Shown here one piece after another: positions 51,201 to 62,702 of a stretch of 64,000 nucleotides of DNA; positions within the stretch are counted from its first letter, which is position 1; the number at the start of each line of letters is the position of its first letter. Under the pieces are notes generated by a model. The model made no database searches, was not told the DNA's origin, and saw only the letters and a list, made by a program, of their open reading frames with translations. The stretch covers positions 86,097,106 to 86,161,105 of the forward strand of contig JARDVH010000001.1 in assembly GCA_030324005.1 (NCBI GenBank). Reading direction: 5' to 3'. This DNA is from Negaprion brevirostris. Its lineage: Eukaryota. The position numbers were made by a program, and so were the translations under genes.

Positions 51201-51800
51201 AAAGAGGAGCCGCAGAGAGAGAGTATATGGAAATAAATAGGGAGAGAGAAAAAAAATCTACCTGGTGACGAGCAGGTTAGAAATCAGCATCTATTTTACC
51301 TCATCAACTATTACTTATGATAATTGCAGTTTAGGATCGAGAGCCAGATTCCCGGGGAGTGGGAGAGAGGCAGCTTTAAACGGGGATTGATTATTGTGCG
51401 AATCAATCTGTCAACGTAGTTCGTGCTAATCGGTTTCAGAGACTGTTTAAAAATCAGTGTCCTCATTTGCATTTCAAAGAAACTTTTGGTGCGATTTACA
51501 TTCTTATGCGTGCAAAGTTCTCGGCAGGATGCGCAAGCGTCACTATCCGTGAATGGGAATTTTAATTACAGGACAAATGCACGCTTGCCAATAGCTTTTT
51601 GAGTACTTCGTGTTTAACACAAAGCGACTTGCAACATATCGCATTTTCAACTTTGCGGTCTTTAGTATAACAGTGGACGATCTCATTCTGCGTGTGATCC
51701 ACTTAAGCTGACAGGTCACATTATGCGGTTAAATCAACATAAGCGATACACAGCCCCGATGTGAGAAAAATCCTGTAAGATCCTGATTATATGCAAATTG
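48774..51800 (-). promoter_or_regulatory. PCDH7: PCDH7 5' leader/promoter region (TSS not determinable)
   Basis: Transposon-free and CpG-retaining sequence immediately upstream of the ATG. Contains an AP-1 TGACTCA at about 50211 and octamers ATTTGCAT at about 51466 and ATGCAAAT at about 51791. Confidence 0.55.
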
Positions 51801-53934
51801 TAACCAGCTTCCAATTCAGCTTCTTACAGTGAGCTCAGTTTCCCCAGTGTTGCGTCCTCACAGCTAGTGCAAGGTTCATATCGCTGGCAAAATGAAATCG
51901 TTAGTATCCCTGTGTAAAATTTTGAGGACACCAAGTGGGTTCCTAATGTCCGGAGCAATGCATTCATCTGTGTTCCAGATTTGAGCACATGCTTGAACCT
52001 TTGCACCAATTTTAAAATTCACATCCAATATATTTGTTTTTCCTCTCTGCTTTACAGAACACGATCCTTAGGTTTTGGTAATTAGCATGAACCGCTGAGG
52101 AATTTTCAATCCAACACAGATGTACAGAATATTAATTAATATCTTAAGGTAAAAATAGTAAATATATACGTTTATATTATACCAATATTAATAAAGCCAT
52201 TAAAGCATATATTCTGACATTTCAGATATCTGATAGCTTGTTTAGCAAATGTATTGTCATGTGACATTGAGCAATTCAGACCAAGAAAAAATAACGGCGT
52301 GTTAGAAATGTCTTCACCTTACTTGAAGTCATCAGGAAGCCTCCGATGCTGATCCGCAGCTTGAGTTAAATTATCTGATTTCGATAGTTGGGTCACCACA
52401 GTTAGTTTCAATGCCCCGGGGCTAGTAAGAGAGGTAAGAAAATCCCTATTCCCACTCATGATCACAGATTTAATGTTTCTAAGCATGTATGAACATCGGA
52501 CAAAGATGACCATCCCAAGGCAATAACACGCCGTGATGTTGTTGAATAATCATCAACGCTGAATTGCCTATGAACAATGGCCTCTTGGATGAGTTCTAAT
52601 GGTTTCCAACTTCTGTAGAACTGAAGAGTCAGTAGCGTCAGGAGACACTTTTACAGGAAAATATTGAGACTTTTCCCAAAAAATGTAATTAATATTTTTG
52701 GCAAACGAGCCAAAAGGGAATACACAATTAAATTGTTCTTTTCTCTTTAACACCAGGTAAGAGGCACATATATTTTACACACAACTTGCTTTCTTGCAGT
52801 TAGGCACAAATAGAATCCTGACAAGTGACATTTCAGCCTACCCGTAATTATAAGTATCTAATCTGCAATTATAAGCAGGGTGGAGTTGACCTTTAAGAAG
52901 ACTATTTATAGGAAAATAATGTTTTAGATTAACAGTGTGTTGTGTCGCAATCCTGTTTCTTTCCTAATGTGCTTTATTTGTTTCCCCTCATGCGCAGTAC
53001 GGTAATAAGCGGGAAATAAGGAACGTTGGTCACTGAACTGTAGAAACAGAAGCGAAAATAGCATTTGTATATCAGAAAAGCAATATCAACATGTGCTGCA
53101 ATTTGGGACATTACATATAAATGCATGCATCAACTTCCAAGCATCATTGGACACCATGCTGATTGGAGAATTTATCAGAAACAAGGGGCTATTAGGGTTT
53201 CTGTCTGCCTCCTTCTTCATTAGGCCAGGTGCCAACCAAACAAAAACGATTGAACAGTGAAGCTCTGGTCATTTATTTTTAATATTGAACGTTAAGTTTA
53301 TACTTGCAATGGGGATAATGCCAAGGGAACTACTGGATAATGTGGTGCATCAGAATAATGTGCATCAGAAAAACACACTAATGCAATGGTGTGAATTTCC
53401 CGTACCAGCTATTCTTCTGTCATCTATGAGTAAACCTGCTGAATTTTCTTCTGACACACCTAGACTCCCTAGCTTGCTCTCTAGGAGAGGGAGGAGAGAC
53501 CATTGCCCACCCCCTTCTGGAATGTGTGCAAAGAATGTCTGTAAAAAGATCCAGTGTTTTTTGTGAAGCTTTATACCAAGTAGGTCCATGATGCTGGACT
53601 CAGTGCTCCAAAGGCTATTCCCAGGATTTCATAAGATAAACATCAATCGCAGCTGGTGGACCCCCAATCCTGTGAAGGACTATCCTTGATCTTCCTGAAA
53701 CTTGCTAATCTTGACTGCAAAGAGTTTTCCATTGTTGCAAACTGGTTCGTGGCAAGGTCTAGGACTATGTGCTGAGGGATGTACAAAAGCTGCTGCTGCT
53801 GCAAAGGCACAATGAGGAAGGGTCAGGAGCACCGGCCTATCGGCCATAAGCCACCAAGAGACTGGAGACTAGGTACAAGTCCTCAGACTGTGTAATAGTT
53901 AATAAATATTGTAAATGTAGCTGGTAATACAATA

Positions 53935-54132
53935 CAATTCCTACAGGGCAGGAGGAGGTCATTTGGCCCATCGAGTCCTATCTCCATAACCCCACATATT
54001 TTCCCAATTAATCCCCTGACACTAAGAGGCAACTTAGCACAGCTGATCAACGTAACATGCACATCTTTGGCATGTGGGAGGAAATTGGAGCCCCCAGAGG
54101 AAACTCATGCAGACATGGAGAGAACATGCAAA
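53935..54132 (-). mobile_element. V-SINE fragment (tail plus V-domain, head missing)
   Basis: CTACAGGGCAGGAGGAGGTCATTTGGCCCATCGAGTC..GGGAGGAAATTGGAGCCCCCAGAGGAAAC.. Confidence 0.8.
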
Positions 54133-54134
54133 TA

Positions 54135-54422
54135 AGTTTAAGTTTATTCATGTGACAAGTAGGCTTATATTAACACTGCAGTGAAGGTACTGTGAAAATC
54201 CCCTAGTTGCCACACTCCGGTGCTTATTCAAGTACACTGAGGGGGAATTTAGCATGGCCAATGCACTTAACCAGTATGTCTTTTGGACTGCGAAAGGAAA
54301 CTGAAACATCTGGAGGAAACCCACACAGACATGAAGAGAATGTGCAGACTCCACACAGTGACCCAAGCCAGGAATTCCTGGCACTGTTGGCAGTAGTGCT
54401 AACCACGTGCTACTGTACTGCC
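54135..54422 (-). mobile_element. V-SINE of a second subfamily with a different 3' tail
   Basis: Same head and V-domain, but the tail is ..CTCAGTGTAC..GGAGTGTGGCAACTAGGGGATTTTCACAGTA..AAGCCTACTTGTCAC..AATAAAC. Confidence 0.85.
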
Positions 54423-54537
54423 AGTAACGTACAGTACTGGAAGAAACTGATTTAGTTTGCACCTTTATTTTGAGCAGTTATATAATGTCCTTTCACAAAT
54501 TTTATGAATGAAGTAGATTTCCTGGGGAAAAAAAAAC

Positions 54538-54860
54538 AGCACCGTGGCACAGTGGTTAGCACTGCTGCCTCACAATGCCAGGGACATGGATTCATTTCNN
54601 NNNNNNNNATCTGTGTGGAGTTTGTACGTTCTCCCTGTGTCTGCATTCTCCCCATGCCTGTGGGGATTTTCTGTGGGTGCTCTGGTGTCCTCCCACACTC
54701 CAAAGATGCATGGGTTTGGTTGGTTGACCATGTTAAATTGTCCCTTAGTATCAGAGGGATTAGCAGCGTAAATACGTGCAGTTACAGGGATAGGGATTGC
54801 CAGTCCAAGCTCAGTAGACTGAATGGCCTCCTTCTGCATTATAGGATTTCTATGATTCCA
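54538..54860 (+). mobile_element. Full-length V-SINE (HE1-like)
   Basis: GTGGCACAGTGGTTAGCACTGCTGCCTCAC head, V-domain and tail GAATGGCCTCCTTCTGCA..GGATTTCTATGATTC. Confidence 0.88.
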
Positions 54861-54874
54861 GGATTCTGAGCTTT

Positions 54875-55191
54875 CCATGCCAAGGTGCACAATTAGATGT
54901 TGACTAAAGTTTGGGGCAGCTGCCGCAAAGGCTCAATGGGAAAAAGACAATGTCTAAAATCCACCTGTCATTGTATACTGCAACGCTGGAGACTGTAAAA
55001 CCCATTACATGGTATCTTTGACATGAAATGTATGTTGTAAATTTCATATGTAATTGCAGTTGTATTGAGTCATCCCAGGTTGCCACATGCTGCATGGAAA
55101 CAATGTGATCAGGATTTCAGTATTGTCTACTTAGAACTGTTTGGAATTTTACAATTCTTTTTATGAATAAAGTACATTTTGGGAAAAAAAA
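54875..55191 (+). mobile_element. Second Tx1/L1-clade 3' end with polyA signal and A-tail
   Basis: LKFGAAAAKAQWEK.., 3' UTR, then AATAAAGTACATTTTGGGAAAAAAAA. Confidence 0.7.
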
Positions 55192-55679
55192 CTGTTGAAT
55201 TTGTGCCAATTAATGCAAAATTATAATGCATCAAGTTTGTCCCCTTGTTGCATTATTTATTTATAAAAGAGTACCCAAATTAGAATTCTTACAGTTATGT
55301 GTCCTTTAAAAATGAAAGTTACGCAAAATGTTCCAAAGCTTCAAAATATCTTTTTTTCTGAATATTATGGTATGAAATATGGATTAACACCCAAGTTATA
55401 TCATTCATACTGGTAAGTTGCTGGTACTGTATTTTTTCAATGATGCAAGCATTCAGCATGAAATGATATCACTCATATGTGACACTTTTGAAGAGAGAAA
55501 GCAGATCAACCTTCAAATTCTGATGATATGTTTACCAGTAAAGAAGAGACACCAGCCTATCATTGAAACTTTGGAAGTCAGTTAAGATTAATGTCAAGTT
55601 TTTTAACCTTTAATTGCTGATTAATTTTGAATTGTTGCCATTGGCAATGCAGTCACATACAATGCAAATGGTGTGAGGC

Positions 55680-56445
55680 AGCAACCTTTAACTTGATAAA
55701 ATGTCAAAGATGCTTCATAAGTTAATTATTAAATAAAATTTGATAGAGCTACATAAGGAAATTATATAAGCGACCAAAAGTTTAGTCAAAGAGTGAGATT
55801 GTTTTGTCTAGTTTTCTCTCTCTATAGATGCTGTCAGAATTGCTGAACTTTCCCAGTATTCTGTGTTTTATTTCAGATTCCAGATTCCACAGTATTTTGC
55901 ACATTAAATTTTTTTTGAGATACTTTTTAACAGGGGAATGATAGAGTGGAAAGTTTGCAGCAGAAGATAATTCCAGAGTTTAGGACATAGCCAACTGAAG
56001 ATAAGCATTGGTCATGTAAAATTCTCTCTCAGTACACCCAAATAGGTGCCATAGTGTGGCAACTAGGAGATTTTCACAGTCACTTCAATGTACTGTTAAC
56101 ATAAGCCTACTTGTGACACCTATAAATAAGCAAGTAAAAATAAGGCCATAGTCAAAAAAATCAGCTGCACAAGAGGCAATAACAGAAAGAGCACAAAGAT
56201 CTCATGGGTTGTAAAGACAGAAGAAGGTTACGGAGACATGGAGAGGTAAAGCCATTGAGGGTCATTAAAACAGAGATGTGAATTTTCAAATTGACTCCTG
56301 GTCTGGAAATGGCTCAATGATCAGTGAGCACAGGAGCAATGGGTGAACAGGACTTGGTGCGAATTGGACAGCAGAAGTTTGAATGATCTCAAGTTTTGAA
56401 GCTTCCAAGATGAAATGCCAGCCAGGAAAACTTTGGAACTGTTCA
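55680..56445 (-). mobile_element. Decayed L2 element with two inserted fragments (Penelope-like tail about 55810-55900; SINE tail about 56016-56135, both +)
   Basis: L2 blocks are similar to 32383-32700. Insert CTCTCTCTATAGATGCTGTCAGA..GCTGAAC..TTTTATTTCAGATTCCAG..CAGTATTTTGC, plus an insert matching the tail of 54135-54260. Confidence 0.6.
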
Positions 56446-58326
56446 AAGGACTTATTTACTGTTATTAATATTAAATTGACAGCTGATGTTTAAGTTTCAA
56501 CTAGGTTGAAGAATATTAACATTTTTTTGGGCAGGCTTTAATCATCCTGTCCTGGTTACAAATGTGTGAGGAGCTCTGTCCCACCAGTTAAAAATTTTAA
56601 TGTTTAGATTGGTGAACATCTAAATTAAAGTTAGGTTGATTAAAATTATGCTGAGCACTAAAGTTATTGTGAAGATCTCTTTTCCAATGGATCTCAACTC
56701 TGGGTCTTGTGTCATCTTCAGTGGAAGGTTATTTCTATTTTACCCAATGCTAAACTTGGAGCCTTTAGTGACCTCCTATCCCTGTAAACTGATGCAAATT
56801 CAGCACAGTTATACTGCAGTTAAACTGTGTAGTGTGTTCCAAAACAAATTGTCACACAAATGAGAGGTTGGAGGGTCTCTCTAGCATTGAGCTCATCAGA
56901 AAAAAAAAATTCTTCTCAACTCCTTGGTAAAATCTAAAATCATTGGTTATTAATCATGTGTGGAGACAATAAATGTCACTCCTAAAAAAGTGTATGTTGT
57001 CACAAAATAGCATGCCAACTGAATTCAGTAGTTGTGGATTTCATATGATGTCAGAAACACCTGCTACTTGATTGCATAAATGCAAATTCTGCTATCATTT
57101 GGATATCCTCATTAATCATTTTGATGCAAGTAAAAGGCATAGGAATTTCTATATTTATTCTTTCAACACTTAAAAATAATAATTTATTGTTTCAATATAT
57201 ATAAAATGTAATGTATTATATATTACATAAAATAATAGCTTTTCCTTCACGTAATACTCCTGAAAATAATGTATAGGACCACCTTTATGAATTCCAGGAA
57301 ATCTGTTCATAATTAAAAAAACAGCTGACTATGCACAGAAGCATGCGGATCAAGATTCTACACAGAAAAGCACTGCGAGCAATATCATGCTACAGGACAA
57401 ATATAGACAATAATTGTTGTCAAAAAGATTATCTTTCATGTTCAATATGCTAATCATGGTCTATAAAATTAAAATGTGACTTCTTTAAGAAAACTTTAAA
57501 AAGGCAAATTTTGACTTCTGTTTGTAATCAATTTTGATCAGTTTGCTTCAAAGATATGAATCCAAGTAAATACTGATAACCTTTTCTTCATTTGTGTAAT
57601 TATAAACCTACCACTTTAATGTGATCATATAATCTAACGTTTTTGATTCTGCTATCTGACATCAGAGATCCAACAAAACAAAAATATTATGAAGTAATGG
57701 AATGCTAGAAATTAGTAGGTGTGTATCAATAAAATGGTGCACAGATTTGGTAAGAAAATTGTGATTTTAATACTTTAAAAGAAATAGGTATATTTTGAAA
57801 AAAACTATGACTTTGAATGTCCTCTGGAGTGATCCATAGTGGAAGGTCTTATCTAAGTTTCAATTGTAAGACCTTTACAAAGCAACTAAGGTTCAAACTT
57901 TATTAACTTTTATCTTTAAAAACACTTAAAGGTTTATCTAAAAATGTAAAGAGCTGAACATATCTTTAGTATTTATTTTCTACATATATAGTTTAAAAAG
58001 TTTCTCTGTTACTTGCTTATCTGATGAGTATCACTGTCACAGGAAATTGTAATTGCTGAAGGGAAACTAATAGTGGTGATGGGTTGGTGGCACGATGGGG
58101 TGGGGATGCAAGGAGGAGAGAAAGTAAATTAATTTTACTGTAATTCATGACAATTTTAATCAGGGATTATATCCAAGCCTAACTATTTATTTAACAAATA
58201 AAATCCTCAAGCTTGCCATGCACAAGGTCAATAATATTTCTGAAATCCTTCATTGGTGGTAGTAGTTGATTTATTCACGGACTCCAGTAACTTAATTACT
58301 TTCAATGTTATGCTATCACCTATTAT

Positions 58327-58525
58327 AAAACAGAAAATTCTGGAAAATCTCAAGTTAATGTTCTTTCTTTAGGAGTTATAATAAGTTTTAAGCAAGTACA
58401 ATGACAGGGAAAATGGAAGGTTTTGGGAGAAGAACAATAGGGAAGGTCTGTGATAGGGTCAGAAGTGATTAAATGGCAAAAGGGATGATGCTGCAATGTG
58501 AAAGGGGATGATAAAGGGACAGCTT
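58327..58525 (-). mobile_element. Decayed Penelope-like fragment
   Basis: AAAACAGAAAATTCTGGAAAATCTCA..GTTAATGTT..GTTTTAAGCAAGTACA..GGGAAGGTCTGTGATAGG; recalled similarity only. Confidence 0.4.
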
Positions 58526-59079
58526 CAGAAAAAAAACCTGATGACTTAGAGGTGATGAAAATTAGAAGAGTTCTGCTAAGAAGTTATTGAAGTAATTTCT
58601 TCTTTGCCTTCAGAGAGAGCGAGAGAAGGAAAAATAGAAGTGATTCTTCCTTCATCCTTAATGTGTGCTCTGTCTGAACCAGGTCCCTGGCTCATTGTCC
58701 TTGGATGCTTCATCCTCAGTTTCTTTTCTAGGCAGTTTTTGTCAGTAGTGGTTTGCCGTTGCTTTTCACTGTCAGGGGCAGGATGAAAAGGCAGGTCCAG
58801 AGGCTACCTCAGCTGGAACAGAAATTAAACCAACACTGTTGGCATGAATCTAAACAAGCCATTTACCCAACTGAGCTAAACAGCTGCCTTGTTTTGGGAA
58901 GAGAAAGAAGTGGAGAAGTGGAGCACCACAAGTGTTGTATACAACTATCCAAAATTAGTTCAGGTTAGCAATGTTTCATGAGTCAGAGATTCTTCTGGTA
59001 GTCAATAGCAGACCTGCAGAGGCTCCTGATAGAGTAACCGCACCTTCAGCAGTTATTACATCTGTCAAGGGCATCAAGG

Positions 59080-59202
59080 TATGGAGATGCCGGCGTTGGA
59101 CTGAGGTGGACACAGTAAGAAGACTCACAGCACCCAAGCTAAAGTCCAACAGGTTTATTTAGAATCACAAGCTTTCAGAGCACTAATCCTTCATCAGGTG
59201 AT
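59080..59202 (-). mobile_element. Penelope-like element terminal fragment containing a minimal type-I hammerhead ribozyme motif
   Basis: Minus strand reads AUCAC-CUGAUGA-AGGAUUAGUGCUCU-GAAA-GC-UU-GUGAU, followed by ...AAUAAACCUGUUGGAC...CAGUCCAACGCCGGCAUCUCC. This resembles the common shark Penelope-type repeat end as recalled. Confidence 0.7.
59164..59202 (-). ncRNA. Candidate minimal hammerhead ribozyme (type I)
   Basis: Core CUGAUGA...GAAA...UH is intact, with stem I AUCAC/GUGAU, a weak stem II (GGA/UCU) and a palindromic AAGCUU in place of stem III. Confidence 0.6.
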
Positions 59203-59954
59203 GGGCACTCAAGGTGATGGTTGTCTGTTTTGTTTTTGCTCCAGGGTTCTTGAGAAATGTTGCACTTGGGTGCAGATGGGAGCATAAACTCCATTCAAGT
59301 AGGCAAGTTCCAATGAAGCTCCCAAAAGAAGGCCACTAGTAAACTAAATGATTTAGCAATATATGGGTTCCCAAAAGTCTTAATTGATAATGACTGATGA
59401 CTCATGGTGAGTAAGNNNNNNNNNNNNNNNNNNNNGACCTTTTACAAATTGGAAGGGATGCAATCTCAGTGTGTATCTGCCTTGTGACTAATGTCCACAA
59501 ACTACATAGGTTGGCTGTGCTATCTTGCATCAGCCCAATATCTTTGTCCTTTTAGATCTCAAGCAGCTAGTCACAGAGGCCTATTGGGGAACGATGCCAC
59601 TTGTAATTGCCATTGTTGATGGCATTTGTCCAGCACATGCAAATCCAACTGAGACAATTCAGGGCTAGGCTTGGAACTACCAATTAATGTAAATAGTGGT
59701 TTAGTTGCCTTGTATAATATGGACATATCCTTACATATTCATTCCACCTTCCATATCATGATCACTTGCTGCATCCTGCAACATTGTTATTGTGTGAGGC
59801 TTATCTACCACAGAAAGAATTCTGAAAAGAATAGCAGCAAATTTGATGAAGGATGTAGAGATGTTCTTATGCATGGAATTGATTTCACAACAAAAAAAAC
59901 TTCAATCAACTAGTAGAGAAGTGAAAGACGTTCCAATCATGACCAAGGGAACCC

Positions 59955-60097
59955 AATTTTCCAGCAAGGGGATCAAGGAATGTGGAGCAAAGACAGGTAA
60001 TGGATTGAAGTACAGACCAGCCATGATCTAATTGAATGCTGGAATAGGCTTGAGGCCCAGAATGGCTTATTGTTATTCCTATGTTCCTATTATGTTT
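59955..60097 (+). mobile_element. CR1 3' tail
   Basis: AAGGGGATCAAGGAATGTGG..CAGCCATGATCTAATTGAATG..AGGCTTGAGG..AATGGC..(CCTATGTT)n-like end. Confidence 0.75.
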
Positions 60098-61209
60098 GTA
60101 ACGATTGGGAGAAAATGAGCAGCAGATGAGAAGAGGAATGAGAAAGGGGAATTGCTTCTCTGACCTGTTTGTGAAGACATTTGTAGAGAGTGTTAGGGAG
60201 AAGAGTTCAATAGTGGTGAGGTGCCACAAAACTGCAAGGGAAATCTATGGCACACAGAGAAAAAGGTCACCTATGCTGACCTGGACAGTCATGAATTCTG
60301 GGCAGGCAGGAGCAGGATGGAGGGATGAAAGAGTGGTGAATTTATCTTGTGTAGTGTTAATTTAAGATTAAGGTTTAATTTGGTTCTAGCATAAAGTATG
60401 AAAGCAACACTGAAGTTGCATTGTAAATGCTAGTATCTGATCTGACGCAAAATAGGAACATAATAACCATTGTGATTATGCAAATAATTAATACACAATT
60501 TTTACATTTGTTTCAGCTTTGATACAGGGATAATATTTTAGATAAATTTCAAAACAAAGGATCTTTGGAGAAATATATTTCCAGGGAAGAAGGTGGAATC
60601 CATAATATCAGATAGAGACTGAAAAGGGAAAATTAAATGGATTAATCAGCATTTGAAACTGAGGATGATTAAATGAACCATCAATGTTCAAGAGATGAGA
60701 TAAATAGAAACCAATATTCATCAAGTCTGAGAAGGATGCAGATATAAGAGAAAAAGACAGGAAACAATACAAAAAGGATCAGAAATAATGCAAAGAAAGA
60801 CAGAGGTATGAAAAAAACTCTACAACTCCATCTAGAGGTTTGGGCAATGAAAACCTGCAGCAATTTTAAAATCACTTTTATACTTCACCAAGGGGTGCAG
60901 TATTGGCTTTATTATTACAGTGGAATAAGTGAGCAGCCATGTTTTATTACTATGAACTTAAGTCATTGTGAGGTTGCAAAACTCAGGGCTTTGTGACTGC
61001 AAACTGAATGTACACAAGTCACAGCATTCTGATCAGTGAAGATGAGTGCAATTTTTAACGACCAGAAAGCAGTACTTTTTTTCAACAATTCTCTGAAATA
61101 ATTTAAATAATAGGACCATGGACTTTGAGAGTTTGTTTGCATTTAAATGCACTGGTGTGAATCTTCCATTAAAACATCTATGATTCCAGTGTTATACCAT
61201 AACTTTCAC

Positions 61210-62200
61210 AGGTTACAGAACAGAAAAGATCATGCAGCTCATTGAGATAATTTGGCTGTCAGGTAGCCCCGCTCTCTTTCAGCTAATTTGAGCTACTCAG
61301 CTAGTCCCATTCCCTTTCCCTTCCCTGTAGACCTGCAAATATTTTCCCTTCAGATAATTATTCAATTTTCTTATGAAATCCATGATTGTGCTTTGAGCCC
61401 TAACCACTTACCCCACAAGTCCATCCTAAATCCTCTGTATTTTTCCTCAATGAAATCTCTATCAACCTGCTTTTCAAAAGATCAACCCCAGCTTTGCCAA
61501 TTTAGCCAAATACTGAAGAGTCTCATCCCCAAAATTATTTCTGTAACTACTTTTTAGCATTCTCTATGATATCTTCACATACTTCTTGAATTGTGGTGTT
61601 CAGAATTGGATACAATATTCCAGTGAAGGGCAAATCAGTGCCTTATAAAGATTCACAGTAACTTCCTGGCTTTAGTTATCTATGCCTCTATTTGTAAAGC
61701 CCAGGATCCGATGTGCCTTTTTAAATGCTTTTCCAACTTGCCCTGCCACCTTCAACAATTTCTTCACATCTACCCTCAGTTCTCATCTTTCCTTGTTCTT
61801 GCTACCAGAACATATCACCTCACATCTCTGTGCATTAAATTTCATCTACCACACATCTGCCCATTCCACAAGCCTATCTGTGTCCTCTTGAAGTCTTTCA
61901 CCATCCTCCTCACCGTTCACAATAAACCCAGGTTCTGTATCATGTGCAATATTTGAAATTATGCTCCGTGTGCCCAAGTCTAGGACATTTAATATTGATC
62001 AGGATAAACAGTTGTCCAAATAATAATCCACAAGGAACAGTAATACATACAACCTCCAATCTGAACAACAATCATTTACTACTCTTCCCTGGTTGCTATC
62101 ACTCCATCAACTTCACATCCACGGTGCCATTGTCTATTCCATTCGAGGGACTTCAACATTTGGGTTTCAACTTTGTTGACAAGTCAGTTATGTGCTATCT
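61210..62200 (-). mobile_element. Decayed CR1 LINE
   Basis: CAGAATTGGATACAATATTCCAG (reverse of LEYCIQF) and CACCTCACA..CATTAAATTTCATCTACCAC (reverse of W.MKFNA..CEV), with a CR1-like tail near 61210-61370. Confidence 0.75.
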
Positions 62201-62570
62201 CTCTTCTCCCACACTGATAACATTTGTTAATGTTCTGTTATATTTTTGACTTCAAAAGCCTAATATTTAAAACAGCTTTATGTATATCCCAGTAGAGGTG
62301 TCCTTAATTTCCCCATTCTTTTTCAATGTTAGATTGGATTTTAACCTATGCTCCTTTGCAAAATCTTCCTTTTAACTTAATAATATCGCTGACACGATTC
62401 ATAGTACCAATCATAATAAATGATAAAAACTTTAAAAAATATAGCTTTCATTGTAAAATTTGAATGAAGGGCTTGCCTAAGCTATTGTAGCTATAGCTGG
62501 AAAATTTTCTTCAAATATTTGTTTAATTTCAAATGATTTTAAACTGTTACTCATAGGTTATCTTCCCAAC

Positions 62571-62700
62571 ATACACTCACAATGGAAACAACAGTTCTCT
62601 TCTCCACTCATACTCACCTTGGAAAAACAGTTCTCTCCTCCACTCACACTTGCCTTGGAAAAATTGTTTTTCTGCTCACCTCATACTCACATTGGGAAAC
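62571..62700 (+). repeat. Minisatellite, unit of about 36-38 bp x 3.5
   Basis: Unit ATACTCACCTTGGAAAAACAGTTCTCTCCTCCACTC repeated with divergence. Confidence 0.8.
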
Positions 62701-62702
62701 AA

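Larger units (their letters stand above)
53455..54537 (+). mobile_element. Tx1/L1-clade LINE 3' end (ORF2 C-terminus, 3' UTR, A-tail), interrupted by SINEs
   Basis: CSLGEGGETIAHPLLEC (decayed CCHC knuckle ETxxHxxxEC) ..KV*DYVLRDV....AAAAKAQ. The end TTTTATGAATGAAGTAGATTT..GGAAAAAAAAA at 54500-54537 matches 55160-55191. Confidence 0.7.

Noticed and set aside
58021-58050. Other CTGATGA occurrences (about 1070, 5750, 32155, 58021, 58538, 59394)
   Set aside because: No correctly placed stem II plus GAAA..UH with a pairing stem I; not hammerheads.
62571-62700. 36-38 bp repeats reminiscent of a CRISPR array
   Set aside because: Contiguous tandem units without unique spacers, in vertebrate DNA with no cas genes.
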